A stretch of 64,000 bases of DNA from Bacteroidota bacterium (GTDB lineage: Bacteria > Bacteroidota > Bacteroidia > Bacteroidales > VadinHA17): assembly GCA_022703405.1 (NCBI GenBank), contig JAKLDT010000001.1, forward strand, positions 1,523 through 65,522, written 5' to 3'. This document shows, piece after piece, positions 35,802 to 44,973 of this stretch. The stretch's first letter is position 1; every line of letters starts with the position of its first letter. The translations under genes were made by a program, and so were the position numbers. The notes below the pieces were generated by a model. That model was not told the DNA's origin, did no database searches, and saw only the letters and a program-made list of their open reading frames with translations.

Positions 35802-37321
35802 AATTCACAATAAAGTTCATCATCAGCAAGGTTCTTGCATGGGTATCTCCATGTAAGACCCTCTCCTTCAATTAAATCATTAGTACATTCAGGCCCCCAG
35901 GTACCGGCAGGATAGCCATATACCTTAATTGACGGATCCTCAGCCCAGGCTTTCTGCACGGGCTCAAGGAATTTCCATGCTGTTTCGACCTCATCATCCC
36001 TTGAGAACAGGGTTGAATCACCAGTTGTTACATCGTACAGAAGCCGTTCATAAGCCGAAGGTACCCGTACGTTTGCCAGGTCCTTGTAGTGAAAGTCCAT
36101 ATTGACATTCTTCACATTGAAACCGGCTCCGGGTTCCTTCATATCAAATTTAAGAAGAATTCCCTCATCAGGCTGTATCCTTATAATAAGCTGGTTTGCA
36201 TTTATTTTTCCTGAATCCCTTCTGAAAAGATGGTGAGGAGTAGGCTTAAAATGAATTACAATTTCAGTAACCCGTGTAGGAAGTCTTTTTCCTGTACGTA
36301 TATAAAAAGGCACCCCGCCCCATCTCCAGTTATTTATAAAGAATTTAATCGCTACAAAGGTTTCAGTCCTTGAGTTCTTATCGACCCCTGTCTCCTGCCT
36401 GTATCCCTTAACACATTCTCCACGTATAATCGATGGTGTATACTGACCTCTTATAACCTGCTTAGGCACATCCTCCTGCCTGATAGGCTGCAGGGACTGG
36501 AAGACCTTTAGCACCTCATTCCTGATAGCATTTGAATCAAGTGATGAAGGAGGCTCCATTGCTGTGAGTCCTACCATCTGAAGAAGATGATTCTGTACCA
36601 TGTCTCTGAGTGCACCTGAAGAATCGTAATATCCTCCCCTCTCCTCAACACCGATATTCTCCGACGATGTTATCTCAATACGGTCAATATAATTTCTGTT
36701 CCACAGCGGCTCAAAAAGACCGTTTGCAAAACGCGTTACGAGAAGGTTCTGCACAGTCTCCTTTCCAAGATAATGATCTATCCTGAAAATCTGCTCTTCT
36801 TCAATAATGTCATGCAGTACCTTGTTAAGCTTTCTGCCCGATTCGAGATCGTAACCAAATGGCTTCTCGATAATTATCCTTCTGAAACCAGTCTTGCTCT
36901 TCAGTAATCCTGCTGCGGACAGATTCAGGGCTATAGACTCATACATTACTGGAGGTGTGGCCATGTAAAAAATAAAGTTACCGCTTTTAATATCTGCAGC
37001 ATCTGTCTCTTCAACAAGCTCCCTAAGCCTTCTGAAATCATCCGGATTCCTGTTATCCATTGTAAGATATTTCAGATTAGCGGTAAAAGTATCTATATCC
37101 GTACCGCTGACTTTTTCCTCTGAATATGTCAGTATTGAATCCCTCATCCTGTTTCGGAAATCAGAATCGGTATAGCTTGTTCTTCCTGTACCTATTATTG
37201 AAATTTTATTCGGAAAAAGTCCCTGGGCGCTAAGTGAATATAATGCAGGCATCAGCTTCCTTGAAGTAAGGTCGCCTGAAGCTCCGAAAATGACAAGAAT
37301 CAGATTTTTTGGTTTATCCAT
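35798..37321 (-). CDS. zwf: Glucose-6-phosphate dehydrogenase
   Basis: GASGDLTSRKL NADP-binding motif and RIDHYLGKE active-site motif. Confidence 0.95.
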   Translation of the reverse strand: MDKPKNLILVIFGASGDLTSRKLMPALYSLSAQGLFPNKISIIGTGRTSYTDSDFRNRMRDSILTYSEEKVSGTDIDTFTANLKYLTMDNRNPDDFRRLRELVEETDAADIKSGNFIFYMATPPVMYESIALNLSAAGLLKSKTGFRRIIIEKPFGYDLESGRKLNKVLHDIIEEEQIFRIDHYLGKETVQNLLVTRFANGLFEPLWNRNYIDRIEITSSENIGVEERGGYYDSSGALRDMVQNHLLQMVGLTAMEPPSSLDSNAIRNEVLKVFQSLQPIRQEDVPKQVIRGQYTPSIIRGECVKGYRQETGVDKNSRTETFVAIKFFINNWRWGGVPFYIRTGKRLPTRVTEIVIHFKPTPHHLFRRDSGKINANQLIIRIQPDEGILLKFDMKEPGAGFNVKNVNMDFHYKDLANVRVPSAYERLLYDVTTGDSTLFSRDDEVETAWKFLEPVQKAWAEDPSIKVYGYPAGTWGPECTNDLIEGEGLTWRYPCKNLADDELYCEL

Positions 37322-37525
37322 CAGAAGTAAGGCTTATAACATATTTTGAACCTAAAATTTCCGCCAGGCAAAATAACAATAAATATCTTTAATTGGTTCA
37401 GAATGTAAATTTAAGACAGTCTGAAAAAGACAATGTCAACTTATAATTTAGCAACCTATTTATGATATTTAAAATATTTTATTAATTTTTTTGGTATTTT
37501 ATGCTACAATTTAAAAGATCAATTA

Positions 37526-37686
37526 TATATTTGCACGAAATTAATAAACAGGAATGAGTTTAATTAATCATATCAGGTTCGAAAGTCTCATCGCCAGGCT
37601 ATCTGGAAATGAATGAGGATGGTTTTTATTGTTAAATAGGGATAACCGTTCTCAAGTTTTAATGAGAACGGTTTTTTTGTATAAAT
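37526..37686 (+). promoter_or_regulatory. gltBD promoter plus leader with mutually exclusive antiterminator/terminator hairpins
   Basis: TATATTTG -7 box at 37526-37533. The terminator is AACCGTTCTCA (37644-37654) / TGAGAACGGTT (37663-37673) plus a T-run, and it ends 8 nt before the gltB ATG. The upstream TGAGGATGGTT (37614-37624) can pair with the same 5' arm (9 Watson-Crick plus 2 G-U pairs). Confidence 0.5.
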
Positions 37687-40600
37687 ATGGAAAAAGAAAT
37701 GATAAGAAAAGAACGTCCTGCAAGCCAGGGTTTGTACCGGAAAGAGTTTGAACATGAGAACTGCGGTATTGGTTTTGTTGCACATATTAAAGGAAGAAAA
37801 TCACATTCAATTATAAGACAGGGCCTTGAGGTGCTTGAAAACATGACACACAGGGGCGCTGAAGGTGCTGACAAGAAAACCGGGGACGGGGCAGGAATGC
37901 TCATTCAGGTACCCCGTGATTTTTACCTCATCCAGGGCTACTCACTTCCACCAGAAGGCCAGTTCGGAACAGGGCTGATTTTCCTGCCACAGGAAAAGAA
38001 TGCTGCAGAAAAATGCAGGAATATACTTCTTGGTATTATTAAAGAGGAAGGAGTTAATGTTATTGGTTTCAGGGAGGTTCCCAGAAACAGTGCGGCAATC
38101 GGCGAAATTGCAAAAGCAGCTGAACCAGATATTGTTCAGATACTCCTTGGCGCAGATATAGCACAGGACGAGCTCGAAAGAAAACTATATATAATTAGGA
38201 AGAGGACTGAAAACATTATAAGGGATTCTGATATTGATCAGAAAAGCTTCTTCTATATCCCTTCATTGTCGACCAAGGTATTGGTATACAAGGGGATGCT
38301 GACTTCAATGCAGCTCAGGGAATACTTCCTCGACCTCAGTGATGAAAGAATGCAGAGCGCAATTGCCCTCGTGCATTCACGCTTCAGTACAAATACTTTC
38401 CCAAGCTGGGACCTCGCACAGCCATTCAGGGTGCTTGGTCATAACGGTGAAATAAATACAATAAAGGGAAACAGGTTCTGGATGGAAGCCCGCGAATCAC
38501 TGCTCAAATCGGAAAAGCTGGATGACCTTTCAAGACTTTTCCCTATTGTCGAACCCGGTAAAAGCGATTCAGCCTCACTCGACAATGTTCTTGAATTTCT
38601 GCTTATGAGCGGAAAATCACTGCCTTATGCCATGTCAGTACTGATCCCCGAATCATTCAATACAAAGAATCCTATTTCAAACGAACTCCGGTCATTCTTT
38701 CTGTACCACTCAACCTTCCTGGAACCCTGGGATGGTCCTGCCTCACTGATATTCTCTGACGGAAGGTATATCGGGGGCATGCTCGACAGGAACGGACTTC
38801 GTCCTTCAAGATACCTCATCACTTCAAATGATCTTATAGTTATGGGGTCCGAAACAGGTGTTCAATCATTTCCTGCTTCCGAGATAAGGGAGAAAGGAAG
38901 ACTTAAAGCCGGAAAAATGCTTCTCGTCGACACTGAGGAGGGTAGGGTTTACTATGACGATGAGCTGAAGGCTAAGATCGCAAACGAGTATCCTTACGGG
39001 GAATGGATCAGACAGAATATGGTCACCCTCGAGGAAATAGAATCAGGTCATACAGAATCCCCTGAAATGGGTGACCAGTATGATAAATATCTCACCTCAT
39101 TCAACTACTCACTCGAAGATACTGATAAGATTATCAAGGAAATGGCCGCTACAGGCAAGGAACCTATCAGTTCAATGGGTAATGATGTACCTGTTGCCGT
39201 ACTTTCAAAAAAACCTTACAGGCTTTTTAATTATTTCAAGCAGCTTTTTGCCCAGGTGACAAACCCGCCAATTGATCATATCAGGGAAGAGCTTGTGATG
39301 ACACTAACCGGTTACCTTGGATCATTGCAGCAAAATGTCCTTGACAAATCGCCTTACCATGTAAAAATGGTCCGCTTTAAGAATCCTGTAATCTCAAACA
39401 CTTATTTCCAGATAGTTAAAAATCTGAGATACAAGGGATTCTCTGCTGCAAACCTTTCCCTCCTGTTTGATGCAACTGGTGGCACAACCGCACTGCAGAA
39501 TGCAGTTGACAAGCTTTGTACAGATGCAGAAAAAGCAGTTGATGAAGGTAAAAACTATATTATTCTGTCTGACAGAGGCATTACAGAACAACTTGCCCCT
39601 ATACCCTCGCTTCTGGCTGTATCTGCTGTGCATCATCACCTCATCAGGACAAAAAAGCGCATGCAGATCGATATAGTTGTTGAATCAGCCGAGCCCAGGG
39701 AAGTAATGCATTTTGCCCTTCTCTTCGGCTATGGTGCCAGCATAATAAATCCATATATGAGTTTTGCAGTTATCGACAAACTTGTAAAAAGGAAGGAAAT
39801 ACAACTCGATTATCAGAGGGCTGAGGAGAATTATATTCACGCCATTAATAAGGGAATACTGAAGACTATGTCGAAGATGGGTATAAGCACTCTCAGGAGT
39901 TACCGCTCATCGCAGATCTTCGAAGCAATAGGGATACACCAGGCTGTAATTGACAGGTACTTTGCAGGCACAACTTCAAGAATTGGCGGCATTGGCATAA
40001 ATGAAATCACCGAAGAAATACTGATCCCTCACAGAAAAGCCTTTACTACAGCCAGACAGCCTGAAATACTTACAGAGGGCGTATACGCATACAGGAAAAA
40101 CGGGGAACATCACGGCTGGAATCCTGAAACAATTTCCCTTCTGCAATGGAGCACACGCACTGCCAGCTATGAAAAGTTCAAGGAGTATTCAAAGCTTGTT
40201 GATGCCGACAATGCCCGTCCGGGATTCATAAGAGGACTTCTGAGATACAAGTCAAACCCGATACCTGTTGAGGAGGTTGAGCCTGCTTCAGATATAATGA
40301 AAAGATTTGTTACAGGTGCAATGTCGTATGGTTCAATAAGCCGCGAGGCTCATGAAACACTTGCAATTGCAATGAACAGGATCGGAGGACGTAGCAACAC
40401 CGGCGAAGGCGGAGAAGATCCTGAAAGGTTCAAACCACTGGAGAATGGCGACAGCGCCAGAAGTGCAATCAAACAGGTTGCCAGTGGCCGTTTCGGTGTA
40501 ACAACACATTATCTTGTTAATGCCGATGAGATACAGATTAAGGTAGCCCAGGGAGCAAAACCGGGTGAAGGAGGACAGTTGCCTGGCCATAAGGTTGATA

Positions 40601-42228
40601 AAATAATTGCAAAAACCCGTTACTCAATACCGGGCATCACCCTGATATCGCCGCCTCCGCATCACGACATCTATTCAATTGAAGACCTTGCCCAACTCAT
40701 CTTCGACCTGAAAAATGTAAATCCACAGGCCAGAATAAGTGTAAAGCTTGTTTCTGAAAGCGGAGTGGGAACAATTGCAGCAGGTGTAACAAAAGCAGGA
40801 GCCGACCTGATTACAATAAGCGGTTATGAAGGCGGAACAGGCGCCAGCCCGTCCTCTTCAATAAAACATGCCGGACTTCCTCTTGAACTGGGTCTTGCAG
40901 AAACACAGCAGACTCTTGTAATGAATAACCTCAGAAGGAAGGTTATGCTTCAGACTGACGGGCAGCTGAAGAACGGAAGAGACATCATTATTGCAGCCCT
41001 GCTTGGCGCTGAAGAATTCGGCTTCGCAACAAGCGCACTTGTTGTTCTGGGATGCGTGATGATGCGAAAATGTCATCTGAATACCTGTCCTGTTGGCGTT
41101 GCCACACAGAATGAGGAACTAAGGAAGAGGTTCAGAGGCCAGGCTGATTACCTTGTAACCTTCTTCAGCTTCCTTGCTGAGGAGGTCAGAGAGCACCTTG
41201 CCGGACTAGGCTACAGAAAACTCGATGATATAATTGGCAGAGCTGACCTTCTTGAAAGAAATCCTGATATAACACACTGGAAGATTGCCAACCTCGACCT
41301 TACAGGCTTGCTAGCAATGCCTCAGGAAGCAGCTGCAAATGCACTTCACTGTGTTGACAAACAGGAAAACAAATTAGTCGATCTTCTTGATAATGAACTG
41401 CTTGAACTCTCTTCAGAAGCGATCAGGTCGAAAGTACCTGTCGAAATAAGAAAGACTATTAAAAACACCGACCGTACTGCCGGGGCAATGCTTTCAGGGG
41501 CTATAACCAAATTACATGGCCCTGACGGACTACCGGACGGAACTATAAAATGCCAGTTCACCGGATCGGCAGGTCAGAGCTTCGGGGCTTTCATAGTACC
41601 GGGGGTGGAACTCCACCTTGAAGGAGATTCGAATGATTATATGGGCAAAGGTCTTTCCGGCGGAAGGATTATTGTGGTGCCACCGTCAGGATCGTTATTT
41701 GCACCTGATAAAAACATTATTATCGGTAACACATCCCTTTACGGGGCAACCCGCGGAGAAGCATATATTAATGGTGTGGCCGGTGAGAGGTTTGCTGTAA
41801 GGAACAGCGGTGCAATAGCTGTTGTTGAGGGTACAGGCAACCATTGCTGCGAGTATATGACAGGGGGCAGGGTTGTTGTGCTCGGCACAACGGGCAGTAA
41901 CTTTGCAGCCGGTATGAGCGGCGGAATAGCATACGTTCTGAATGAGAACGACAACTTCGACTACTATTGCAACATGGGAATGGTGGAACTATCACTCGTG
42001 GATGAGTACAGTGATGTGAATGAATTAACAGACCTTATCTCACGCCATTACAAATATACAGGCAGCGCAAAAGCTAAACTGATACTGGATGATATTAACA
42101 AGTATATTCCAATGTTTATCAAGGTGATACCTTACGATTACAAAAGAGTTCTCCAGGAGCAGAAACTTGAGGAGCTCAGGAAGAAAATCGCAAATGTCGA
42201 ACTTGATCTCGAGATCAGCGCCCAATAA
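37687..42228 (+). CDS. gltB: Glutamate synthase large subunit
   Basis: 1513 aa. Ntn-amidotransferase N-terminal region CGIGFVAHIKG, plus FMN and GXGXG domains (e.g. GQLPGHKV, CHLNTCPVGVATQ). Confidence 0.95.
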   Translation: MEKEMIRKERPASQGLYRKEFEHENCGIGFVAHIKGRKSHSIIRQGLEVLENMTHRGAEGADKKTGDGAGMLIQVPRDFYLIQGYSLPPEGQFGTGLIFLPQEKNAAEKCRNILLGIIKEEGVNVIGFREVPRNSAAIGEIAKAAEPDIVQILLGADIAQDELERKLYIIRKRTENIIRDSDIDQKSFFYIPSLSTKVLVYKGMLTSMQLREYFLDLSDERMQSAIALVHSRFSTNTFPSWDLAQPFRVLGHNGEINTIKGNRFWMEARESLLKSEKLDDLSRLFPIVEPGKSDSASLDNVLEFLLMSGKSLPYAMSVLIPESFNTKNPISNELRSFFLYHSTFLEPWDGPASLIFSDGRYIGGMLDRNGLRPSRYLITSNDLIVMGSETGVQSFPASEIREKGRLKAGKMLLVDTEEGRVYYDDELKAKIANEYPYGEWIRQNMVTLEEIESGHTESPEMGDQYDKYLTSFNYSLEDTDKIIKEMAATGKEPISSMGNDVPVAVLSKKPYRLFNYFKQLFAQVTNPPIDHIREELVMTLTGYLGSLQQNVLDKSPYHVKMVRFKNPVISNTYFQIVKNLRYKGFSAANLSLLFDATGGTTALQNAVDKLCTDAEKAVDEGKNYIILSDRGITEQLAPIPSLLAVSAVHHHLIRTKKRMQIDIVVESAEPREVMHFALLFGYGASIINPYMSFAVIDKLVKRKEIQLDYQRAEENYIHAINKGILKTMSKMGISTLRSYRSSQIFEAIGIHQAVIDRYFAGTTSRIGGIGINEITEEILIPHRKAFTTARQPEILTEGVYAYRKNGEHHGWNPETISLLQWSTRTASYEKFKEYSKLVDADNARPGFIRGLLRYKSNPIPVEEVEPASDIMKRFVTGAMSYGSISREAHETLAIAMNRIGGRSNTGEGGEDPERFKPLENGDSARSAIKQVASGRFGVTTHYLVNADEIQIKVAQGAKPGEGGQLPGHKVDKIIAKTRYSIPGITLISPPPHHDIYSIEDLAQLIFDLKNVNPQARISVKLVSESGVGTIAAGVTKAGADLITISGYEGGTGASPSSSIKHAGLPLELGLAETQQTLVMNNLRRKVMLQTDGQLKNGRDIIIAALLGAEEFGFATSALVVLGCVMMRKCHLNTCPVGVATQNEELRKRFRGQADYLVTFFSFLAEEVREHLAGLGYRKLDDIIGRADLLERNPDITHWKIANLDLTGLLAMPQEAAANALHCVDKQENKLVDLLDNELLELSSEAIRSKVPVEIRKTIKNTDRTAGAMLSGAITKLHGPDGLPDGTIKCQFTGSAGQSFGAFIVPGVELHLEGDSNDYMGKGLSGGRIIVVPPSGSLFAPDKNIIIGNTSLYGATRGEAYINGVAGERFAVRNSGAIAVVEGTGNHCCEYMTGGRVVVLGTTGSNFAAGMSGGIAYVLNENDNFDYYCNMGMVELSLVDEYSDVNELTDLISRHYKYTGSAKAKLILDDINKYIPMFIKVIPYDYKRVLQEQKLEELRKKIANVELDLEISAQ

Positions 42229-42256
42229 CTTTTTACTTTTTACTTTTTACTTTTTA
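42229..42256. repeat. (CTTTTTA)x4 heptamer tandem repeat in the gltB-gltD spacer
   Basis: Four perfect units immediately after the gltB stop and 8 nt before the gltD ATG. Confidence 0.9.
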
Positions 42257-42263
42257 CTTGAAT

Positions 42264-43685
42264 ATGGCAGACATAACAGGATTTTTGAAGATAAAACGCA
42301 AGGAAGCAGGCAACAGACCTGTAAATGAAAGAATACGTGACCACAGTGAGGTTGAGCAGATCCTGAACAGCGAGGACAGGATGCTTCAGGCTTCAAGGTG
42401 CATGGAATGCGGCATACCATTCTGCCACTGGAGCTGTCCGGTGGATAACCTTATCCCTGAATGGAACGACCTTCTTTACAAAGGTGACTGGAAAGCAGCT
42501 TACCAGAGGCTCAGTGCAACAAACAACTTCCCTGAGTTTACCGGAAGGATCTGCCCTGCCAGTTGCGAACATGCCTGTGTTCTCAATATAAATAAGGAAC
42601 CGGTCACAATAAGGGAAAATGAAGTTGCAATTGTAGAGCATGCCTTTGCCGAAGGTTATATTAAACCTGTTATCCCTGAGATCAGGACTGGCAAAAAGGT
42701 TGCAGTTATAGGAAGTGGTCCGGCCGGGATGGCTGCTGCCGATCTTCTAAACCAGGCAGGTCATACTGTTACCTTGTTTGAAAAGGATAATAAGCCGGGC
42801 GGCCTTCTCCGCTATGGTATTCCTGACTTCAAGCTTTGCAAGGATACTATTGACCGCCGGATAAGTCTAATGGAAAAGGAGGGCGTGATTGTCAGGACTC
42901 TTGTAACAGTTGGCCGCGATATAAGCCCGGAACAGCTTGAAAAAGAGTTTGATGCAATTTGCATTACAATTGGCGCCGGTCATCCGCGTGACCTGCCGAT
43001 AAATGGCAGAGACCTGAACGGAGTACATTTTGCCATGGACTTTCTTAAACTGCAGAACAGGGTGAATTCAGGTGAACTTGATAGTTCTGACAATCCCATC
43101 AGCGCAGAGGGTAAAAAGGTTGTCGTTATAGGCGGAGGGGATACAGGCTCTGATTGTGTAGGCACTTCCATTCGCCAGAAAGCTGAAAAGGTCACCCAGA
43201 TTGAGATACTTCCCAAACCTCCGGCTGAAAGAACACAGGATAATCCTTGGCCTTACTATGGCAAAGTCCTGAAAACATCTTCCTCTCACGAAGAAGGATG
43301 CGAAAGATACTGGAACATATCCTCTGTCAGGTTCATTGGTGAAAACTTTAAGGTCAGGGCCATTGAAATTGAAGATGTTGAATGGAAAAACATTGATGGG
43401 AAATACACAATGGCACCTGTTCCTGGTTCAAGAAGGAATATTGAGGCTGATCTGGTCCTGCTGGCAATGGGATTTGTTCATCCGGTGCTTGAAGGACTTG
43501 TTACAGATGCCAGGCTGGATCTGAATCTGAGAAAGAATATTAAGGTTGATGATAATTACAAAACCAATCGTCAGAAATTCTTTGCTGCAGGTGATGCAAT
43601 AAGCGGGGCCAGCCTTGTTGTAAATGCAATAGCCTCAGGCCGGAAAGTTGCCGGCGAAATCGACATGTATCTGAAAAACAACTGA
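42264..43685 (+). CDS. gltD: Glutamate synthase small subunit (NADPH-dependent)
   Basis: Cys clusters CMECGIPFC / CPASCEHAC and FAD/NAD motif GSGPAGMAAA. ATG at 42264 is preferred over the TTG at 42258. Confidence 0.9.
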   Translation: MADITGFLKIKRKEAGNRPVNERIRDHSEVEQILNSEDRMLQASRCMECGIPFCHWSCPVDNLIPEWNDLLYKGDWKAAYQRLSATNNFPEFTGRICPASCEHACVLNINKEPVTIRENEVAIVEHAFAEGYIKPVIPEIRTGKKVAVIGSGPAGMAAADLLNQAGHTVTLFEKDNKPGGLLRYGIPDFKLCKDTIDRRISLMEKEGVIVRTLVTVGRDISPEQLEKEFDAICITIGAGHPRDLPINGRDLNGVHFAMDFLKLQNRVNSGELDSSDNPISAEGKKVVVIGGGDTGSDCVGTSIRQKAEKVTQIEILPKPPAERTQDNPWPYYGKVLKTSSSHEEGCERYWNISSVRFIGENFKVRAIEIEDVEWKNIDGKYTMAPVPGSRRNIEADLVLLAMGFVHPVLEGLVTDARLDLNLRKNIKVDDNYKTNRQKFFAAGDAISGASLVVNAIASGRKVAGEIDMYLKNN

Positions 43686-43688
43686 TTA

Positions 43689-44879
43689 TTACAGCAGGGA
43701 CTTCCAATTCCTGCTAATTTCAACTGAAAATACCGTTCCGTCAGCTTCACTGCTAATGAAGCTGACTTTTCCTTTAAGGTAGTTCTCTGTCATGAGCCTT
43801 ACACTGTATGTTCCCAGTCCCCTGTTTTTATCTTTTGTTGAAAACGATCTCTGGAAAATATGATAACGTACTTCCTCAGGTATGACTCCATAGTTATGTA
43901 CTGTAAAAATTATACTGTCATTTTCAACATGGGTTGCCACAGTCACAATCCCATCTACCGGAGTAGCTTCAAGTGCATTTTTCATAAGGTTTATCATCAC
44001 CCTCTGAAGCAGTAATCTGTCAGTTTGAATTGTAATATCCGGAGTGCTTTCACTGAGAACTATAGATTTCTTCTGCCCCACTTCATGGAAGCTGATATTA
44101 CTAATTGCATATTTAAGAAACTCAACAGTTTTTATTTCCTCGACCTCTACCTTTATATCACCATTTTCTGCAGCTCTCAGCTGACGGTACGACATTATCT
44201 CTTCGAGAATCAACTGGCTGGCAGCTTCCGAAAGGGTGATAAGTTCCTTCAGCTCATCAGGATAGGTTCCCATCTTAAGGACAGTCAGCAATCCGTTCAG
44301 CCCGCCTGCAGTATTGAGAAGATCATGAAAAAACACTCTCTCGATGGCGCGAAGCTTTTTATCAGAGCTAATATCCTGGAGGGATAGTGCAAACAGCTTC
44401 TGACCATTAAGCCGCACCGGAGCACAAGTTACATTTAAGTCCCAGCTTATTGACCTGTTGTCGATAACTGAAGTTATATGAGCTTCCCTCGATGACCGGC
44501 TATCCTTCATTATGCTTTCCAATATTGCTGCAACAGCACCGCAATAACGGCATTCCTTTGCAGTGCCACAGCCTGAAGGCCCCTTAAATGAATTAATGCA
44601 CGAAATGACCTCACCTGTACGTTTGCCAAGTACTGATTCTATACTCGTGAATCCGATCAGGTTAAGAAATTCATTATTGGCAAACACAATCTGCCTCTCA
44701 TTGTTTATTATGGCACATACTCCTGTCAGTGCACCAAATAATTCAGTCAGAATTCTTTGGGATTCAAGCAGTTCTTTCTCATCCAGAATCTTTTCAAATG
44801 ATTGCCTTCCTGCCGGTGCGAAATATGTCTCACCTTCCATAAAACAGATACACAATGTGAAAGTAAATATAGTAATCAA
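43689..44879 (-). CDS. Sensor histidine kinase (PAS-like sensor with Cys cluster, HisKA, HATPase); no response regulator nearby
   Basis: H-box FFHDLLNTAGG, N-box LMKNALEA, G-box GLGTYSVRL. The sensor region contains C-x9-C-x5-C-x2-C (CINSFKGPSGCGTAKECRYC). Confidence 0.8.
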   Translation of the reverse strand: MITIFTFTLCICFMEGETYFAPAGRQSFEKILDEKELLESQRILTELFGALTGVCAIINNERQIVFANNEFLNLIGFTSIESVLGKRTGEVISCINSFKGPSGCGTAKECRYCGAVAAILESIMKDSRSSREAHITSVIDNRSISWDLNVTCAPVRLNGQKLFALSLQDISSDKKLRAIERVFFHDLLNTAGGLNGLLTVLKMGTYPDELKELITLSEAASQLILEEIMSYRQLRAAENGDIKVEVEEIKTVEFLKYAISNISFHEVGQKKSIVLSESTPDITIQTDRLLLQRVMINLMKNALEATPVDGIVTVATHVENDSIIFTVHNYGVIPEEVRYHIFQRSFSTKDKNRGLGTYSVRLMTENYLKGKVSFISSEADGTVFSVEISRNWKSLL

Positions 44880-44973
44880 TACAATATTTCAAAATTGTTG
44901 GTGATATTAAATACAAGAAAAACCTCAGCACCAGATTTTTATACTGCTGCTGAGGCCTTGTGAGACTGAGAGT

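Noticed and set aside
42229-42256. The short tandem repeats here, at 26991-27073 and at 54665-54706 were considered as possible CRISPR-like arrays.
   Set aside because: The periods are 6-7 nt with no spacers, far from CRISPR repeat/spacer dimensions. No cas genes are present.
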